Origin: Mobula hypostoma
Taxonomy: Eukaryota
DNA length: 64,000 nt
Reading direction: 5' to 3'
NCBI RefSeq assembly: GCF_963921235.1
Contig: NC_086107.1
Location: 86,862,001-86,926,000 of the forward strand
The position numbers and the translations under genes are program-made. Shown in pieces: positions 49,958 to 64,000 of the stretch (positions within the stretch are counted from its first letter, which is position 1; each line of letters starts with the position of its first letter). The notes under the pieces were generated by a model that saw only the letters and a list, made by a program, of their open reading frames with translations, was not told the DNA's origin and ran no database searches.

Positions 49958-50470
49958 TGAATTGAATTGATTGAATTGACATTATTTCTTAAATCCTTCA
50001 TATACACGAGGAGTAAAAATCTTTACGTTACGTCTCTGTCTAAATGTGCAATGTGCAATCATAGTAATTTATAATAAATAGAACAGTCAATGTAATATAG
50101 CGTACACTCAAATCAGCGTGAGTTAATCAGTCTGATGTCCTGGTGGAAGAAGCTGTGCTGGAGACTGTTAGTCCTGGCTTTTATGCTGCGGTACCATTTC
50201 CCAGATGGTAGCAGCTGGAATAGATTGTGGTTGGGATGGCTTGGGTCCCCAATGATCCTATGGGCCCCTTTTACACACCTGTCCTTGTAAATGTCCTGAA
50301 TGATGGGAAGTTCACAACTACAGATGCGCTGGGCTGTCCGCAACACTCTCTGTAAAGTCCTGCGATTAAGAGAGTTACAGTTCCCATACCAGGAACTGAT
50401 GCTCTCAATTGTGCCCCTGTAAAAAGTTCTTAGGATTTGGGGGCACATACCAAACTCCCTCAACCGTCTT
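49958..50470 (-). mobile_element. Rex1/Babar LINE 3' end with a (CAATT)n tail
   Basis: FYRGTIES...IIGDPSHPNHNLFQLLPSGKWYRSI. Confidence 0.85.
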
Positions 50471-51444
50471 TTCTCACTAACTCTGTCTAACTTTTCTTCT
50501 CACATTGTTCTGTTTTTCGTATTATCCTCTCCCTTGGTTACAGTGTCTATTTCCCTTCCACGGTTAAGGACTTCACGATGAAATGTCTTTTGGTGATTTC
50601 CCTTTTTCAGTAAAGTTTCTGTGATCTATGTCCAGTGTATGCAGAGTTCTCAGTGTCTCCTCTGATTGACAGCTCACTCTTCTCCTCCCAGGCTGTTACC
50701 TCGCAATCATCTGACATCCAGGGTTTTGCACAGCCATTTGTGAATTAACATAGAAGCCCACTGACTGGCACTGACGTTGATCCCTTGGCAACCTGCCAGA
50801 GTGGACGCAGGGCAAGTGGTCTGGGCCCAGTGGTGGAGGTGAGAAATACCTCTCAGGTGGTGTGGCAGGGGCTGAACTGAAGTGGGGTTGATCTGCACTT
50901 GCTGCTGTTTTGAAGAATGTAATGGGCCTCTTCTATGGTATGTCTGTTGATGTGGAGAGAATAGAAAAGGTGGCAACTGGATCAGATGAGCACCCCCTTG
51001 TTTCTGCCATTGCCATGTGGATATCCCAAGTTAACTGAAGGAGTCTGGTTGGCCTGACTGATTCTCTACCATGGACATCGGCCTCTTCTCTTCTTTCCTG
51101 CTGCCCAGGGAACACTGAGTATAAGTCAGTGCCTACTGCACCAACTCCCTGCCTCAAATTTCCCATTCTCATCCTTGGGCTCACATCTCTCCTTGATCTT
51201 CACCCCCTTACTCTCCCTCTAATCTCCTCCTGGCCTGGCTCCCTCTCAAATATATGCTCTCCCCCCTCTCTGGTCCCTTCAGAGTCATAAGGTGATAAAA
51301 ATGAACAGCACAGAATCAGGACCTTCAGCCCATCTATTCCACGGTGAACTATTTAACTGCCCACTCCCATTGACCTGCAGCTGGGTCTCCATGCCCCTAT
51401 CATCTATGTACCCATGAAAACTTCCCCTAAACATTGAAAACTTA

Positions 51445-52215
51445 AACACAAGGAAATCTGCCAATGCTGGAAATTCAAGCAACACACACAAAATGCTGGT
51501 GGAACGCATCAGGTCAGGCAGCATCTATAGGAAGAAGTACAGTCGACATTTCGGGCCGAGACCCTTCGTCAGGACTAACTGAAAGAGGAGATAGTAAGAG
51601 ATTTGAAAGTGGGAAGGGGAGGGGGAGATCCAAAATGATAGGAGAAGACAGGAGGGGGACAGATGAAGCTAAGAGCTGGAAAGTTGATTGGCAAATGGGA
51701 TACAAGGCTGGAGAAGGGAGAGGATCATGGGACGGGAAGCCTAGGGAGAAAGAAAGGGGGAGGGGAGCACCAGAGGAAGATGGAGAGCAGGCAAGGAGTT
51801 ATTGTGAGAGGGTTAGAGAGAGAAAAAAAAAGGGGGAAATAAATAAATAAATAGACAGATAGATAAATAAATAAATAAACAAACAAACAAACAAACAAAT
51901 AAATGAGGGATAGGGTAAGAAGGGGAGGTGGGGCATTAACGGAAGTTAGAGAGGTCAATGTTCATGCCATCAGGTTGGAGGCTACCCAGAGGGAATTTAA
52001 GGTGTTGTTCCTCCAATCTGAGTGTGGCTTCATCTTGACGGTAGAGGAGGCCATGAATAGACATATCAGAATGGGAATGGGACGTGGAATTAAAATATGT
52101 GGCCACTGGTAGATCCTGCTTTCTCTGGCGGACAGAGCGTAGGTGTTCAGCAAAACAGTCTCCCAGTCTGTGTTGGGTCTCACCAATATATAGAAGGCTG
52201 CACCCGGAGCACCGG
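51445..52215 (-). mobile_element. Penelope-like element 3' part with hammerhead (51541-51576) and (TAAA)/(CAAA) microsatellite
   Basis: Reverse complement of the family at 40130-40695, extended into the GIY-YIG domain. The hammerhead stem III reads ATGT instead of ACGT. Confidence 0.9.
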
Positions 52216-52219
52216 GAAA

Positions 52220-53047
52220 GTCACTGTTGTTGTCCAAATCAAAGATGGCGATGAATCAGCATATAGGAGGGAGATTGAAAATCCTATTGAGAGGTGCCAC
52301 AACAACAACTTGTCATCCAACATTATCAAAAGCAAGGAGATGATTATTGACAACAGGTTGAAGAAATTGGTGTCCATGAGCCGGTGCACATTAGGGGATC
52401 AGAGGTGGAGAGGCCCGGTAACTTTAAATTCAGGGGATTTATCACATCAGAGGATGTGTCTGGGGAACTTCCAGAGATGCAGAGTGGAGAGTATCTTGAC
52501 TGGTTGCATCACTGTCTGATATGGAAACACCAGGAACTACTTCCGGGGTGCTGGAGTGCCGAGGGGAGACTCAAGTAGCAACAGTACTCTCAGTGCTCAT
52601 GAATGGAAAAGCCCATAAAAAAACTGGTGGATGCAGCCCATGTCCTGCACAGCAAAAGCCCTCCCCACCATTGAGCACCTCTACAAAAAACATTGAAACA
52701 AGAGAGCAGCATCCATCTTCATCCAGACCATGCTTTCTTCTCACTGCTATCATTGGAAAGGAGACACAGAGGCCTCAGGTCCCACACCACCAGTTTCAGG
52801 AACAGCGATTACTCTTCAACACACAGGCTTCTGAACCACCGTGGACATATTTTCAAGAACTCTACAACTCATGTTCACATATTATTATTATTATTATTAT
52901 TATTATATTTGCACATTTTTGTGTGTAGTTGTTCATTAATTCTATTTCTTTGTTTTAATTTGAATGCCTGCAAGAAAATGAATCTCAGAGTAGTATTTAG
53001 TGACATATACACACTTTAATAATGAAATTAACTTTGAACTTTGAACT
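52220..53047 (+). mobile_element. Rex1/Babar LINE 3' part with (ATT)n and a (CTTTGAA)n tail
   Basis: DESAYRREIE and VESILTGCITV. Confidence 0.8.
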
Positions 53048-54360
53048 GTACAAGATGTTGGTAAGATTGCACTTGGGGTATTGTGCAGTTTTGGTCCCCT
53101 CACTACAAGGACCAATGTGATTCAGCTGGAGAGGGTGCAGAATACATTTGCAAGGATATTACTGGATTGGAGGGCTCGTGTTATAAGGAGAGACTGGATA
53201 GGTTGGGACTGTTCTGGAACACAGGTAGATGAGGGGTGCATTTGAAAAATGATATTAAATCAAGAGGAGCTTACATAAATATAGATGCCCTTGTAGCATC
53301 ACACTGTGTAACATCCTCCAGTCCCCGTGACCCTCTGGAATGTCTACTCTCTGACATCTGTGGATGATTTGCATCCTCACTTCCCTTTATCAGATTGGAG
53401 GCCCGTGACCAGTGGTGGGCTGTAGGAATCTGTGCTCTGTTGTTTGTCACAGGCACTGATGGTGTGGATGACAATGTAAATGATGTGATTAATAACGTCA
53501 TAGATAACACCAAAATTGGGTGGTCTACTGGACAGTGAAGAAGGTTATCCAAGTGTACAATGAGATATAGACCAATTAGGATTGTGGGTTAGGAAATGAC
53601 AGATGGGATTGAACTGAGACAAGTGCATGATGAGGAATTTTGGTCATTTAATTCAGGGCAGGGCTACATAGCAAATGGCAGGCAGGGCTCTGAGTGTTGT
53701 AAAATAGGGACAGAATGGTGATACAGGTAGATAGGGTGGTGAAGAAGACATTCAGTGTGTTTGCCTTCATCAGACAGAGCATTGAGTTTAATACCTTGGA
53801 TGTCATTTTACAACTGTACAAGATGTTGGTGAGACTGCACTTGCTGGACTGTGTGCAGTTTTGGTCACTGAGCCGTGGGAAAGATGTATTTCATCTGGAA
53901 AGGGAGTAGGAATGATTGACAAGGATGTGACTGGAGGGTTTGAGTTACATGGAGAGACTGGATAGAATGGGTCTGTTTTCCCTGGGGTGCAGGTGACTAA
54001 GGGGAGACCTTGAAGAGGTTTATATAACCGTGAGGGGTGTAGATAGTGCAGATGGTCACTGTCCTTTCCCCCAGGGTGGGGAATTCCAAAAATAAAGAGC
54101 ATTAATGTATTGGCAAAGGATAAAGTTTTTATGGGACCTGAGGGACAACTCTTTCACGCTACTGATGGCTTATGTGGAATAGCTTCCAGAGGATGTTGTT
54201 AAGGTGCATTTATTTCCAATATTTGAAACACATTTGGCCAGGTACATCAGTAAGAAAGCTTGAGACAGAGGCCAAAGTCAAGTCAGGTGTGTAACTTGGT
54301 CGGCAGGGATAAACTGAAGCAGAGGGCCTATTTCCATGCTGTATAAATTAATGACTCCAT
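53048..54360 (+). mobile_element. Old CR1 fragments
   Basis: LYKMLVRLHL..CVQFWS occurs twice. Confidence 0.75.
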
Positions 54361-54519
54361 TTGAGAAGTCACACCAGGACAGGATGGACACAATAAATGC
54401 TAGGGAACGGGAGGGTTGTTGAACAGAGAGATCTTGTGAGTTCCTGTGCCCACCACCTCCTCTGGTAGCTCATTATAAATTATTGTTTACTGTTTATGGA
54501 ATATAAATACTGTATTGTT

Positions 54520-57500
54520 TATGACCATCAGACTTAGGAGCAGAATTAGACCATTTGGGCCATTGAATCTGCTCCACCATTTGATCATGGCTGATCCATT
54601 TCCTTCTCAATCCCATTCTCCTGCCTTCTCTCTTACCCTTTCACACCCTGACTTTTCAAGAATCTGTCAACCTATGCCAAGACCACCTATGACAATGAAT
54701 TTCACAGATTCACCACCCCCTGGCTAAAGCCATTCCTCCTCATCTCCGTTCTACATGGACATCCTTGTATTCTGAGGTTGTGTCCTCTGGTTCTAGAATC
54801 TTCCAGTATTGGAAACATCCTCTCCACATCCTGTCTACCTCGGATTTTCAATATTTGATAGGTTTCAATGAGACTTCCCTCCTCCTTCTAAATTCCCGTA
54901 AGTACAGACCCAGGGTCTTCTGTCACTGCTCAAAAGATAGCTCTTTCATTCCCAGAATAAATTTTGTGAACCTCCTTTCAACATCTCCAATGCCAGCACA
55001 TTCTTCCTTAGATAAGGGGCCTAAAACTGCTCACAATACTCCACATATGGCCTCACCAGTGTTTTATAAAGCCTCAGCATTTAGGTCCTTGTTTTTACAT
55101 TTCAATCCTCTCAAAAGGAATGCTAACATTGTGTTTGCCTTCCACACCACCAATGCAAACTGCAAGGTAACCTTTACTGAGTCCTGCAGAAGGACTCTCA
55201 AGTCCCTTTGCACTTCTGATTTTTGAATTTTCTCCCCATTTCAAAAAATAGTCTTGACTTTTATTCCTTCTACCAAAATGCATGACCATACAGTTCCTTA
55301 CTCTAGGTTCATTCTGCCCCTTCTTTGCCCATTCTCCCAATTTGGCTAAATCCTTCTGCAGCCTTCCTGCTTCCTCAATATTATCTACTCCTCCACCTAT
55401 TGTTGTATAGCCTGCAAACTTGGCCACAAAACCATCAATTCTGTCACCCAGACATAAAACATAAAAATAAAAAAGAAGTGGTTCCAACACAGACCCCTGT
55501 GGAGCACAACTAGTCACCAGCAGCCAAATAGAAAAGGCTCTCTTTATTCCCATACTTCACCTCCTGCCATTCAGTCAGTACTCTATCCATGCTGGTATAT
55601 TTCCTGTAATACCATGACCACTATCTTGCTAAGCAGCCTCATGTGCAACACCTCGTCAAAGGCCTTCTAAAAATCCAAGTACACAACATTCACTGATTCT
55701 CCTTTGTCTATCCTGCTTGTTACTTCCTCACAGAATTCCACCAGATTTGTCAGGTGAGATCTTCCTTAAGGAAACCATGCTGACTACGGCCTATTTAATC
55801 ATGTGCCTCCAAGTACCCCAAACTTCATCCTTAACAATCAACTCCAACATCTTCCCAACCACTGAGGTCAGACTAACTGGCCTATAATTTCCTTTCTTCT
55901 GCCTCCCTCACTTCTTTAAAAGTGGAGTTGCTTTTGCATTTTTATAGCACTCCTGAACCATGCCAGAATTTAGTGATTCTTGAAAGATCATTACTAATGC
56001 CTCCACAATCTCTTCAGCTGCCTCTTTCAGAACCTCTCTTGAGTGACTTATCTGCCTTCAGACTCTTCAGCTTCCCAGGCACTTTCTCCTTTCTCCTTAA
56101 ATAGCAATAACACTCACTTCAACCCCCTGACACTCTCACATTTCTAGAAGACTGCTAGTATTTTCCACAGTGAAAATGGATGCAGAATACTTATTAAGTT
56201 CCTCCACCAATTTTTGTCCCCCATTACTACCTCTCCAGCATCATTTTCCAGTGGTTTGATATCCACTTTCATCTTTCTTTTACTCCTTATATATCTGAAA
56301 AAAACTTATTGTATCCTCTTTTTTATTATTGGCTAGCTTCATATTTCATCTTTTCTCCCTTTATGGCTTTTTAGTTGCCTGCTGTTTGCTTTTAAAAGCT
56401 TCCCAATCTGCTGTTTCCCACTAATTTTTGCATATTACATGCCCTCCCTTTAGCTTTTATGCTGTGTTTGACTTCCCTTGCCAGCAACAGTTGCCTCACA
56501 CTCACTTTAGAATACTTCTTCATTTTTGGGATGTATCTTTCCTGCACCTTCCAAATTTCCCCCAGAAATTCCAGCCATTGCTGTTCTGCCTTTATCCCTG
56601 CTTGTGTCGCCTTCCAATCAACTTTGGCCAGCTCCTCTGTAATCCCTTTACTCCACTGTAATACTGATACATCCGATTTTAGCTTCTTCTTCTCCTGTCA
56701 AACTGCAGGGTGAAGTCTATCATATTTTGATCACTGTCTCCTAAGGTTGCTTTATCTTAAGCTTCCTAATCAAATCTGGGTCATTACATAACACCCAGTC
56801 CAAAATCCCCATCCCCTAGGGGGCTCAACCATAATGGCTCTAGGAAGCCATCTCACAGGCATTCTACAAATTCCTCTCTTGGGATCTAGCACTAAAAGGA
56901 TTTTCCCAATCTACCTGCATATTGAAATCTCCCATGATTATTGCATCATTGCCCATTTTAAATGCCTTTACTATCTCCCATTGTAATTTGTAGCTCACAT
57001 CGTGGCTACTGTTCAGAGGTCTGTCTATAACTCCCATCGGGGCATTTTTACCCTTACAGTTTCCTAACTCTACCCACAATGATTCTACTTCTTTCAATCC
57101 TTTCTAAACATTTGATTTCATTTTTTACCAACAGAGCCATGCCTACCTGTTATCTTTTCGATACAATGTGTACCGTTGATTTTAAGCTCCCAACTATGAT
57201 CTTCTTTCAGCCACCACTGGACGTGCCACAAAATCATAGTTTCCAATGTGTAGCTGTGTTTCAAAATCATCTACCTTATTCTGATTACAGTGTGCAAATA
57301 TAAAACCTTCATAAGTATATAAGTCCTATATTCATCACTCTTTTAGTTTTCGGCCCACTGTTACATGTCAACTCACCCACTGACTGCAATTTTGCCCTAT
57401 CATCTGCTTGATCTTCCTCACAGGCTCACTACACACTGCATCTACTCGTATATCAACTGCCCCATCCTCAGCCTTCTCACTCCGGTTCCCATCCTCCTGT

Positions 57501-58560
57501 AAGATTAGTTTAAACCCTCCCCAACAGCGCTAGCAAACCAACTTGCAAGAATATAGATCCCGTTGAGCTCAGATGTAACCTGTACTTTTTTTATACAGGT
57601 CTGAAGAGATCCCAAAGATCCAGAAATCTGAAACACTGCCCCCGTACCAATTCGTCAGCCACGCATTAATCTGCCAAATCATAGTTTTCTTACCTTCACT
57701 GCTCATGGCACAGGCAGCAATACAGAGGTTACTACCCTGGAGGCCATGCTTTTCGGCTTATTGCCTAACTCCCTATATTCTCTCTTCAGGACCTCCTCCC
57801 TTTCTCTACCTATGTCATTGGTACAAAAATGTCCCAATAAATTCTGGCTGTTCACCCTTTAGAAAGCCAATGAACCGGATCCAGGACATCCCTGACCCTG
57901 GCACCTGGGAGACAACATGCCATCCAGGTGTCTCTTTCACGTCTACAGATCCGCTTTCTCCTCCTCTAATTATGGAAACTCCTATCACTACACTACTCTT
58001 CTCATCCATTCCATCTGAGCTAAAGAGACAGACCGAGTGCCAGAGACCTGGTTGCTGGGGTTCCCCTGGGGGTAGGGTATCATTCCCCCCCCCCACCAAA
58101 CAGTAATCAAAGAAGTATACATATTATTGAATTGAAAGGGTGCAGGGTACTCTACACTGGCTGCCAATTCCCTTTCCCTCTACTGGCAGTCACCCAGGTA
58201 CCTGCCTCCTGCTTAGGGGCAACTATCTCCCTGCAGCTCCTATCTATTACCTCCTCCTTCTCCCTTATGAGCCAAAGGTCATCAAGCTGCAGCTCCTGTT
58301 CCTTAACATGATCTCTAAGGAGCTGCAGTTTGATGCACTTCATGCAGATGTATTTATCAGGGAGGTTGGAGTTTTTCCCAAATTTCACACAAGAAACATA
58401 CCACTACTTCCAGTTCTATTCTTAGCGTACTAGCTACAGAAAAAAAAAAACAACTTACCATAAATTTTCTTTTGTACTTAGAACTCCGCTCATGCTTGCC
58501 CAAACCTGTTCTTACCTAAGCCTGTTGAGCCAAAGATGAACCACTCTAACAATGCCCCAC
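54520..58560 (-). mobile_element. Near full-length degenerate CR1 LINE (ORF1 Zn finger and esterase, endonuclease, RT, tail)
   Basis: ORF1 YICMKCIKLQLL and VVIGVSIIRG (SGNH-like), endonuclease VESLWVEL...IIMGDFN, RT PQGSVL and AKFA. Confidence 0.88.
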
Positions 58561-58599
58561 TCCAACAATGGCCACCCTACTTATATCTCCTTTCATTGA

Positions 58600-59088
58600 C
58601 ATTACTAGTCAGGGAAAATATCGTGGCAGTGCTCAGACAGGGCAGGCTGGAGAGCTCATCTACTGGACTCCATACTGAAAAAGGGCTGGATTGGAAAGAG
58701 GTTGTCAAATGTGTTCAGGCAAGTTCTTTAATCAGTACATACAAGTCCCATCCAGGATTGGGAAGCTTTTAAAACCCTACAGGTAGCAAATATAAGAATT
58801 ATTAGGAAAAGATGAAATATGAAAGCAAGCTAGCAAACAATATCAAAGTGAACAGTAAAAGCTTTTTCAAATATGTAAATATGAGAGTGGATATAGGACC
58901 GCTAGAAAATGAGACCGGAGAAATAATAACGGGGAACAAAGAGATGGCAGATGAACTAATTAAGTATTTTTCATCAGTCTTCACTGTGGAAGACACTAGC
59001 TAGATGTTGAAGGGTGCAAGGGAAGAAAAGTGAGTGCAGTTACTATTACAAGGGAGAAGGTGCTCAAAAAGCTGAAAGACCTATGGGT
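58600..59088 (+). mobile_element. CR1 ORF2 fragment
   Basis: KLANNIKVNSKSFFKYV...EMADELIKYFSSVFTVED. Confidence 0.8.
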
Positions 59089-60125
59089 ACAGACTGCAAA
59101 TGGAAATAACTGGTTCCAAAACACTCTATGCCAAAGGATGCGGAAAACAATTTGTCACACAGCATTCCTCAGGAAATTGGCGATGGATCTATTTTGCTCT
59201 GGTAAGGCAGGCATGACTGATGTGCAATTTGTTATAAAACTAATTGTAACTTCTATGGCTTAGACTGAACATGGAAATAACTGGTTGCAATACACTCCAC
59301 ACCATAGGATTCCCAAAAAACTGTTTGCAACAAGATACCACTTTGTGTTTTTGAGCAAAATAGAAATGCATGCTTTTCCCCCCTCCGGAAGCATTACATT
59401 GTATTGTGTGTAATTTCCGAGACGCAAGTGGACATAAGATTTCAGGCTTAACTGGCACCATCATGCAAATACGTGTATAGTAATCAGAACCATGGAATGC
59501 ATGAAAGTCATTTACAATAACCTCCTATGTAGCGTTTTTGGGAAATTGGCAATGTACGTGTTTCTTCTGAAACTGAATGTAACTCATAAGACCAAGGTTA
59601 CAGATGAAAATAATTGGTTCCAAAACATTCCATGACATAGGATACAGTAAATAAAAATGTTTAGAACAAGTTGCCACTTTGTATTTTTGAGCAAAATAGA
59701 AATGTATGCTCTTTCCTCTGGAAGCATTAATATACTGTGTGCAAATTCTATGAAGCAAGTGCACCCAACTTTTCAGACGTAACTGGTCCTGTCATGCACA
59801 TACATGTATAGTCACCAGGACTATAGAATACATCAAATAAATTTGTTTACAACAACTTCCCACATAACATTTTTTCAGGAAAGTGGCAATGTAGGCATTT
59901 TGCTCTGGCAATGCTAGAATAGCTTATGTGCAATTTGTTCTGAAACTGAATTTAACTTCTGTAGCTTAGACTGCAGCTGGAAATAACTGGTTCCAAATCA
60001 ATCCTTGCCATAGGATACTCTGAATAAAAATGTTTACAACAGTTTACTACTTTGTATTTTTGAGCAAAATAGAAATGTATGTTATTTCCTGTAGTAGCAT
60101 TACTTTGCCCTGTATGCAATTTCTA

Positions 60126-61411
60126 AATGTTCAAAGTTTCAAGTGTTCATTTATTCACAAAGTATGCATATTCTATGCAACTCTGATATTTGCCTGCACC
60201 AAATAGGCAAACAGGAAGATCATGGGTGTCGATGAAAGAAAAGACATCAACTACTCTCCCCTCCTGGTATGAAAAGGAAAAGAAGCAGAACTCGCAGACC
60301 CCAAAATTACCCCCTTCACCGCAGCAAAAAACAGCCACAATCACTGACCCCCTCACTCGCAGAAGAGAACAGCACCAAAAACAATCCCTGACCCTCTCAC
60401 TTGTAGGAAAGATCAGCAACAATAAAAATCTCCATCCCCCTCACACAAAAAAGAACAGTGACAGTAGCATCAAATCCCCACACTCCCTCTTGCACACAAA
60501 AAATTAACAGATCACCCACAAGAAAGAAAACACCGAAAAACTGAAGAAAACCAATATGAAGAAAGTACAGTCCAATAATCACATAAATCTCAGAATATGG
60601 GAAACATCTTTTCATCTGCTTATGAGGTGAGCAGCTGCACAAACTCAGACCTAAAGAGTGATCAGCAACCAGGGTCCTAACGCTACTGCCCGTCTCCGTT
60701 GGGAGCCATCACTGACCCCTCTGCATTCACCTCGATGCTTCAATCTTTTTTGGGGGGCACTGGGGCACTGAACACCATGGCGGCCGAGGCACCGATCACA
60801 CTGAAGAAGGGAGAGTACTCAGGAGATTCAGGAGTGGACATCTTGTCAGCAGCTTTCGCAGCAGGCATAGGGAGGCCTAAGCACAACCTGATACAGGAGG
60901 AGGGCACAAAGCGGACTGGCGGCTGCCGACCGAGTCACAGTGAATCCTCCCTCCGGTATCAACGCCGGTCCCGCACTCGGTCGCTCCGTTCCGGCTGCGC
61001 CCTAAATACCGACTCTGACAAAATGGCGACGTGGGCTCCCACGTGACCGCACCCAGGGACTCTACCAACGGCAGTATGGATGGGGAGAGTTGCTTTAATC
61101 TTCTTTGCTGCTCTGAAGTGGAGTCATTCATGACCCCAGGCCTCGTCTCTGATCTTTTCCATGAGTCAGTTTGTGTTCTCGGTCCTTTTCGAAACCCCCG
61201 TCTTTGATCTCCATGAGCCAGCCTCTCCAGAAACATCATAGCACTGATACTTGGATCTGGTTCCAAAACCGTATGTCACAGGCTCCAGCAGCTTTTGTAA
61301 AACAAACAAGACGAAACAAACAAGCAGAAGGCATAGAAAAACTGAAATAATTGGAGAGATTTATTATCTGGAAGATGTCGTCCAAGGGATTGTTGTTCGC
61401 TGGCACCATTT
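60126..61411 (-). mobile_element. Unclassified non-LTR-like insertion in the satellite
   Basis: It splits the satellite consensus GCAATTTCTA|TGATGCAAG. The minus strand starts AAAATGGTGCC and ends AATAAA...CTTGAAACTTTGAAC. Confidence 0.6.
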
Positions 61412-62397
61412 TGATGCAAGTGTATATGATATTTCAGACTTAACTGCCACTGTCAGGCAAATGCACGTATAGACCTCAAGACCATAGAATACATAAAATA
61501 ACGTTGTTTACAATAACTTCACACATAGCATTTTTCAGGGAATTGGCAATATAGGTGTTTTGCTTTGGTAATGCTAGCATAGCTTATGGTCAATTTCTTC
61601 TGAAACAGAATGCAACTTGTAAGGCCCAGACTGCAAATGTAAATAACTGGTTCCAAAACACTCCACACCATAGGATACGGTAAATAAAAGTGTTCGGCAC
61701 AAGTTACCACTTTGCATTTTTGAGCAAAATAAAAATGTATGCTTTTTGCTCTGGAAGCATTATTGTACAGTGGGCACATTCAATGAACCAAGTGCATGTA
61801 ACTTTCAGACTTAACTGGCACTGTCATGCAAATGCATATGTCATCATCTGGATCACAGAATACATAAAATAAAGCTGTGTACAACTTCCCACATAGCATT
61901 TTACAGGAGAGTGGCAATGTAGGCATTTTGCGCTAGTAATGGCAGTGTGTCTTATGTACAATTTGTTCTGAAACTGAATGTAACTTCTGTGGTCGAGACT
62001 GAGATGAAAATAACTGGTTCCAAATCAATCCACACCACAGGATACATGCTTACAACAAATTAGCACTTTGCATTTTTGAGCAAAATAGAAATGTATGTTA
62101 TTTTTGCTGTAAGCATTACTTTGTACTGTAGGCAATTTCTATGATGCAAGTGCATATAACTCTTCAGACTTAACTGGCACTGTCATGCATATGCATGTAT
62201 AGTCATCAGGTCCATAGAATACACAAAATCAAGTTATTTACGACAACTTCCCACAGAGCTTTTTTCAAGAAAGGAACAATGTATGACTTTTCCTTTGGTA
62301 GTGCCAGTGTAGCTTGTGCAATATATTGTAAAACTGAATGCAGCTGCAATGGGTGAGGTTGCACATGGAACTTACAGGGTCCTTAACACTCCACGCC

Positions 62398-62882
62398 TGT
62401 AAGGGCGTTGAAGCAGGGACCCAATCACAGACCAAGTACTGTGCGCACTGTGATATTTACTGAGAAGCAAATCCAGAGGGGCAACAAACTCAGCATCAAA
62501 GTTCAGGCAGAGATCAAAAATTCAAGAGAAATTCAAAACCCAGAATCGGGAAACAGGCAGAGTCGATATTCAGACAGACAGAGTTCAGATACGAATGCTG
62601 GAAAGGCTCAGGAAAACTCACTGGCACAATCTGGCAACAAACAGGTGAAACCACAGAACTAAAATAAACAATAAACAGAGAGGCAGATGATAGGTGGAGC
62701 ACGAGACAGAAGTGACACAAAACAGGTAATAATGAGAAATAGGTGAGAGGCGGAGTAGAGCAGGAGCGGGGACAGGAGCACATGGGGCATGAAAACAAAC
62801 GAGCACGTGGTAATACAAAAACACAGACTGATGTCTGGGGGAAAACACACAAGAAGACAAAGTTCAACTGGAAGTACTGACA
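62398..62882. mobile_element. Solo LTR with 5-bp TSD ACGCC inside the satellite
   Basis: TGTAAG...CTGACA flanked by ACGCC (62393-62397 and 62883-62887). Confidence 0.9.
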
Positions 62883-64000
62883 ACGCCATAGGATACTCAA
62901 AATAAAAATGTTCACTACGTTAGAAGTTTGTATTTTTGAGCAAGTACAAATGTATGATATTTGGTCTGGACACATTACTTTGTACTGTGTCAAATTTCTA
63001 TGCAGCAAGTGCATATAATGTTTCAGACTTAATGGACACTGTCATATATGTATAATCATCAGGACCATAGAATACATAAAATAAAGTTGTTTACAACAAC
63101 TTCCCACACAGCATTTTTCAGGAAAGTTGCAATGTAGGTGTTTTGTTCTGGAAATGCTAATATAGCTAACGTGTAATATGTATGGCCTAGACTGCAGATG
63201 GAAATAACTGATTACAAACAGTCCACATCATAGGATGAAGGAAACAACTTGCCACATCACGTTTCTCAGGAAAATAGGAATGTATGTCTTTTACTCTGGT
63301 AACACTAGTGTAGCTTACGTGCAACTTGATATTAAACTGAATGCAACTTCTATGGCCTACTCTGCACATGGAAATAACAGGTTCCAAAATACTCTATGCA
63401 ATTCGGATACTTATAATAAAAATGTTTACAACAAGTTACTACTTTGTGCTTTTGAGCAAAATAGAAATGTTATGGTTTTTCCTTCCCTCTGGAAGTATTA
63501 TGTTGTATTATGGATAATTTCTATCCAGCAAATGCATATAATGTTTCAGACTTAACTGGCACTGTCATGTAAATGCATACATTGTCATCAGGACCATGGA
63601 ATACATAAGATAAATTGGTTTACAATAACTTCCCACTAGCATTCATCATGAAAGTGGTAATGTATGCCTTTTGCTCTGGTAACATTAGTACAGCTTATGC
63701 GCCATGTTATGAAACTGAATGTGACCTCAATGGCCGAGGCTGCACATGGAACTTACAGATTCCAAAACACACCATACTCAAAATGGATACTGAAAATTTG
63801 AAAAAAGTTTACAAGTTGAGAGATTGTATTTTTGAGTGAAATACAAATGAATGCCATTTACTTTGGGGCATTACTTTGTACTGCGTCTAATCACTATGCA
63901 GACATCCCACCTATCCTGGAAGTTCCAGGAGTCTCCCCCCCCCCCCCCACATATTGATAGCAGCTCCCTGATGCCCACAAATTATATACAATACCCTGGA

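Larger units (their letters stand above)
59090..63890. repeat. AT-rich satellite array, ~370-bp monomer built of two ~180-bp subrepeats
   Basis: AAATAACTGGTT and close variants recur at ~59104, 59276, 59608, 59981, 61641, 62008, 63202 and 63373. TTTTTGAGCAAAATAGAAATG marks each full monomer. Confidence 0.9.

Noticed and set aside
63900-64000. Possible start of another element with a poly-C run
   Set aside because: Truncated by the window edge, with too little sequence to call.

Overview
Eukaryotic, transposon-dense vertebrate genomic DNA. The CR1/HER1-like LINEs, HE1-like V-SINE, Rex1/Babar LINEs and Penelope elements point to a cartilaginous fish, probably a ray (inference). The only clearly intact host genes are two minus-strand, intronless, stem-loop histone doublets: H3.2 plus a divergent H1 at 25.4-28.3 kb, and again at 43.3-45.4 kb. 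They lie in an old segmental duplication (about 21.1-31.8 kb and 40.8-50.0 kb) whose flanks have diverged while the histone genes stayed nearly identical. No H2A, H2B or H4 was seen. The window also holds a G-rich 33-bp minisatellite (1-1.3 kb), a CpG-island promoter with ZNF143 and YY1 motifs (2.2-3.1 kb), a head-to-tail pair of deleted Helitrons inserted at an AT site (3.4-7.0 kb), three solo LTRs with exact target-site duplications, a deleted Gypsy element and a hAT transposase remnant. Penelope remnants carry minimal hammerhead ribozymes. A 35/23-bp minisatellite appears to have arisen from a CR1 coding motif, and a ~370-bp dimeric satellite fills 59-64 kb. All calls are by eye; boundaries of old repeats are approximate.
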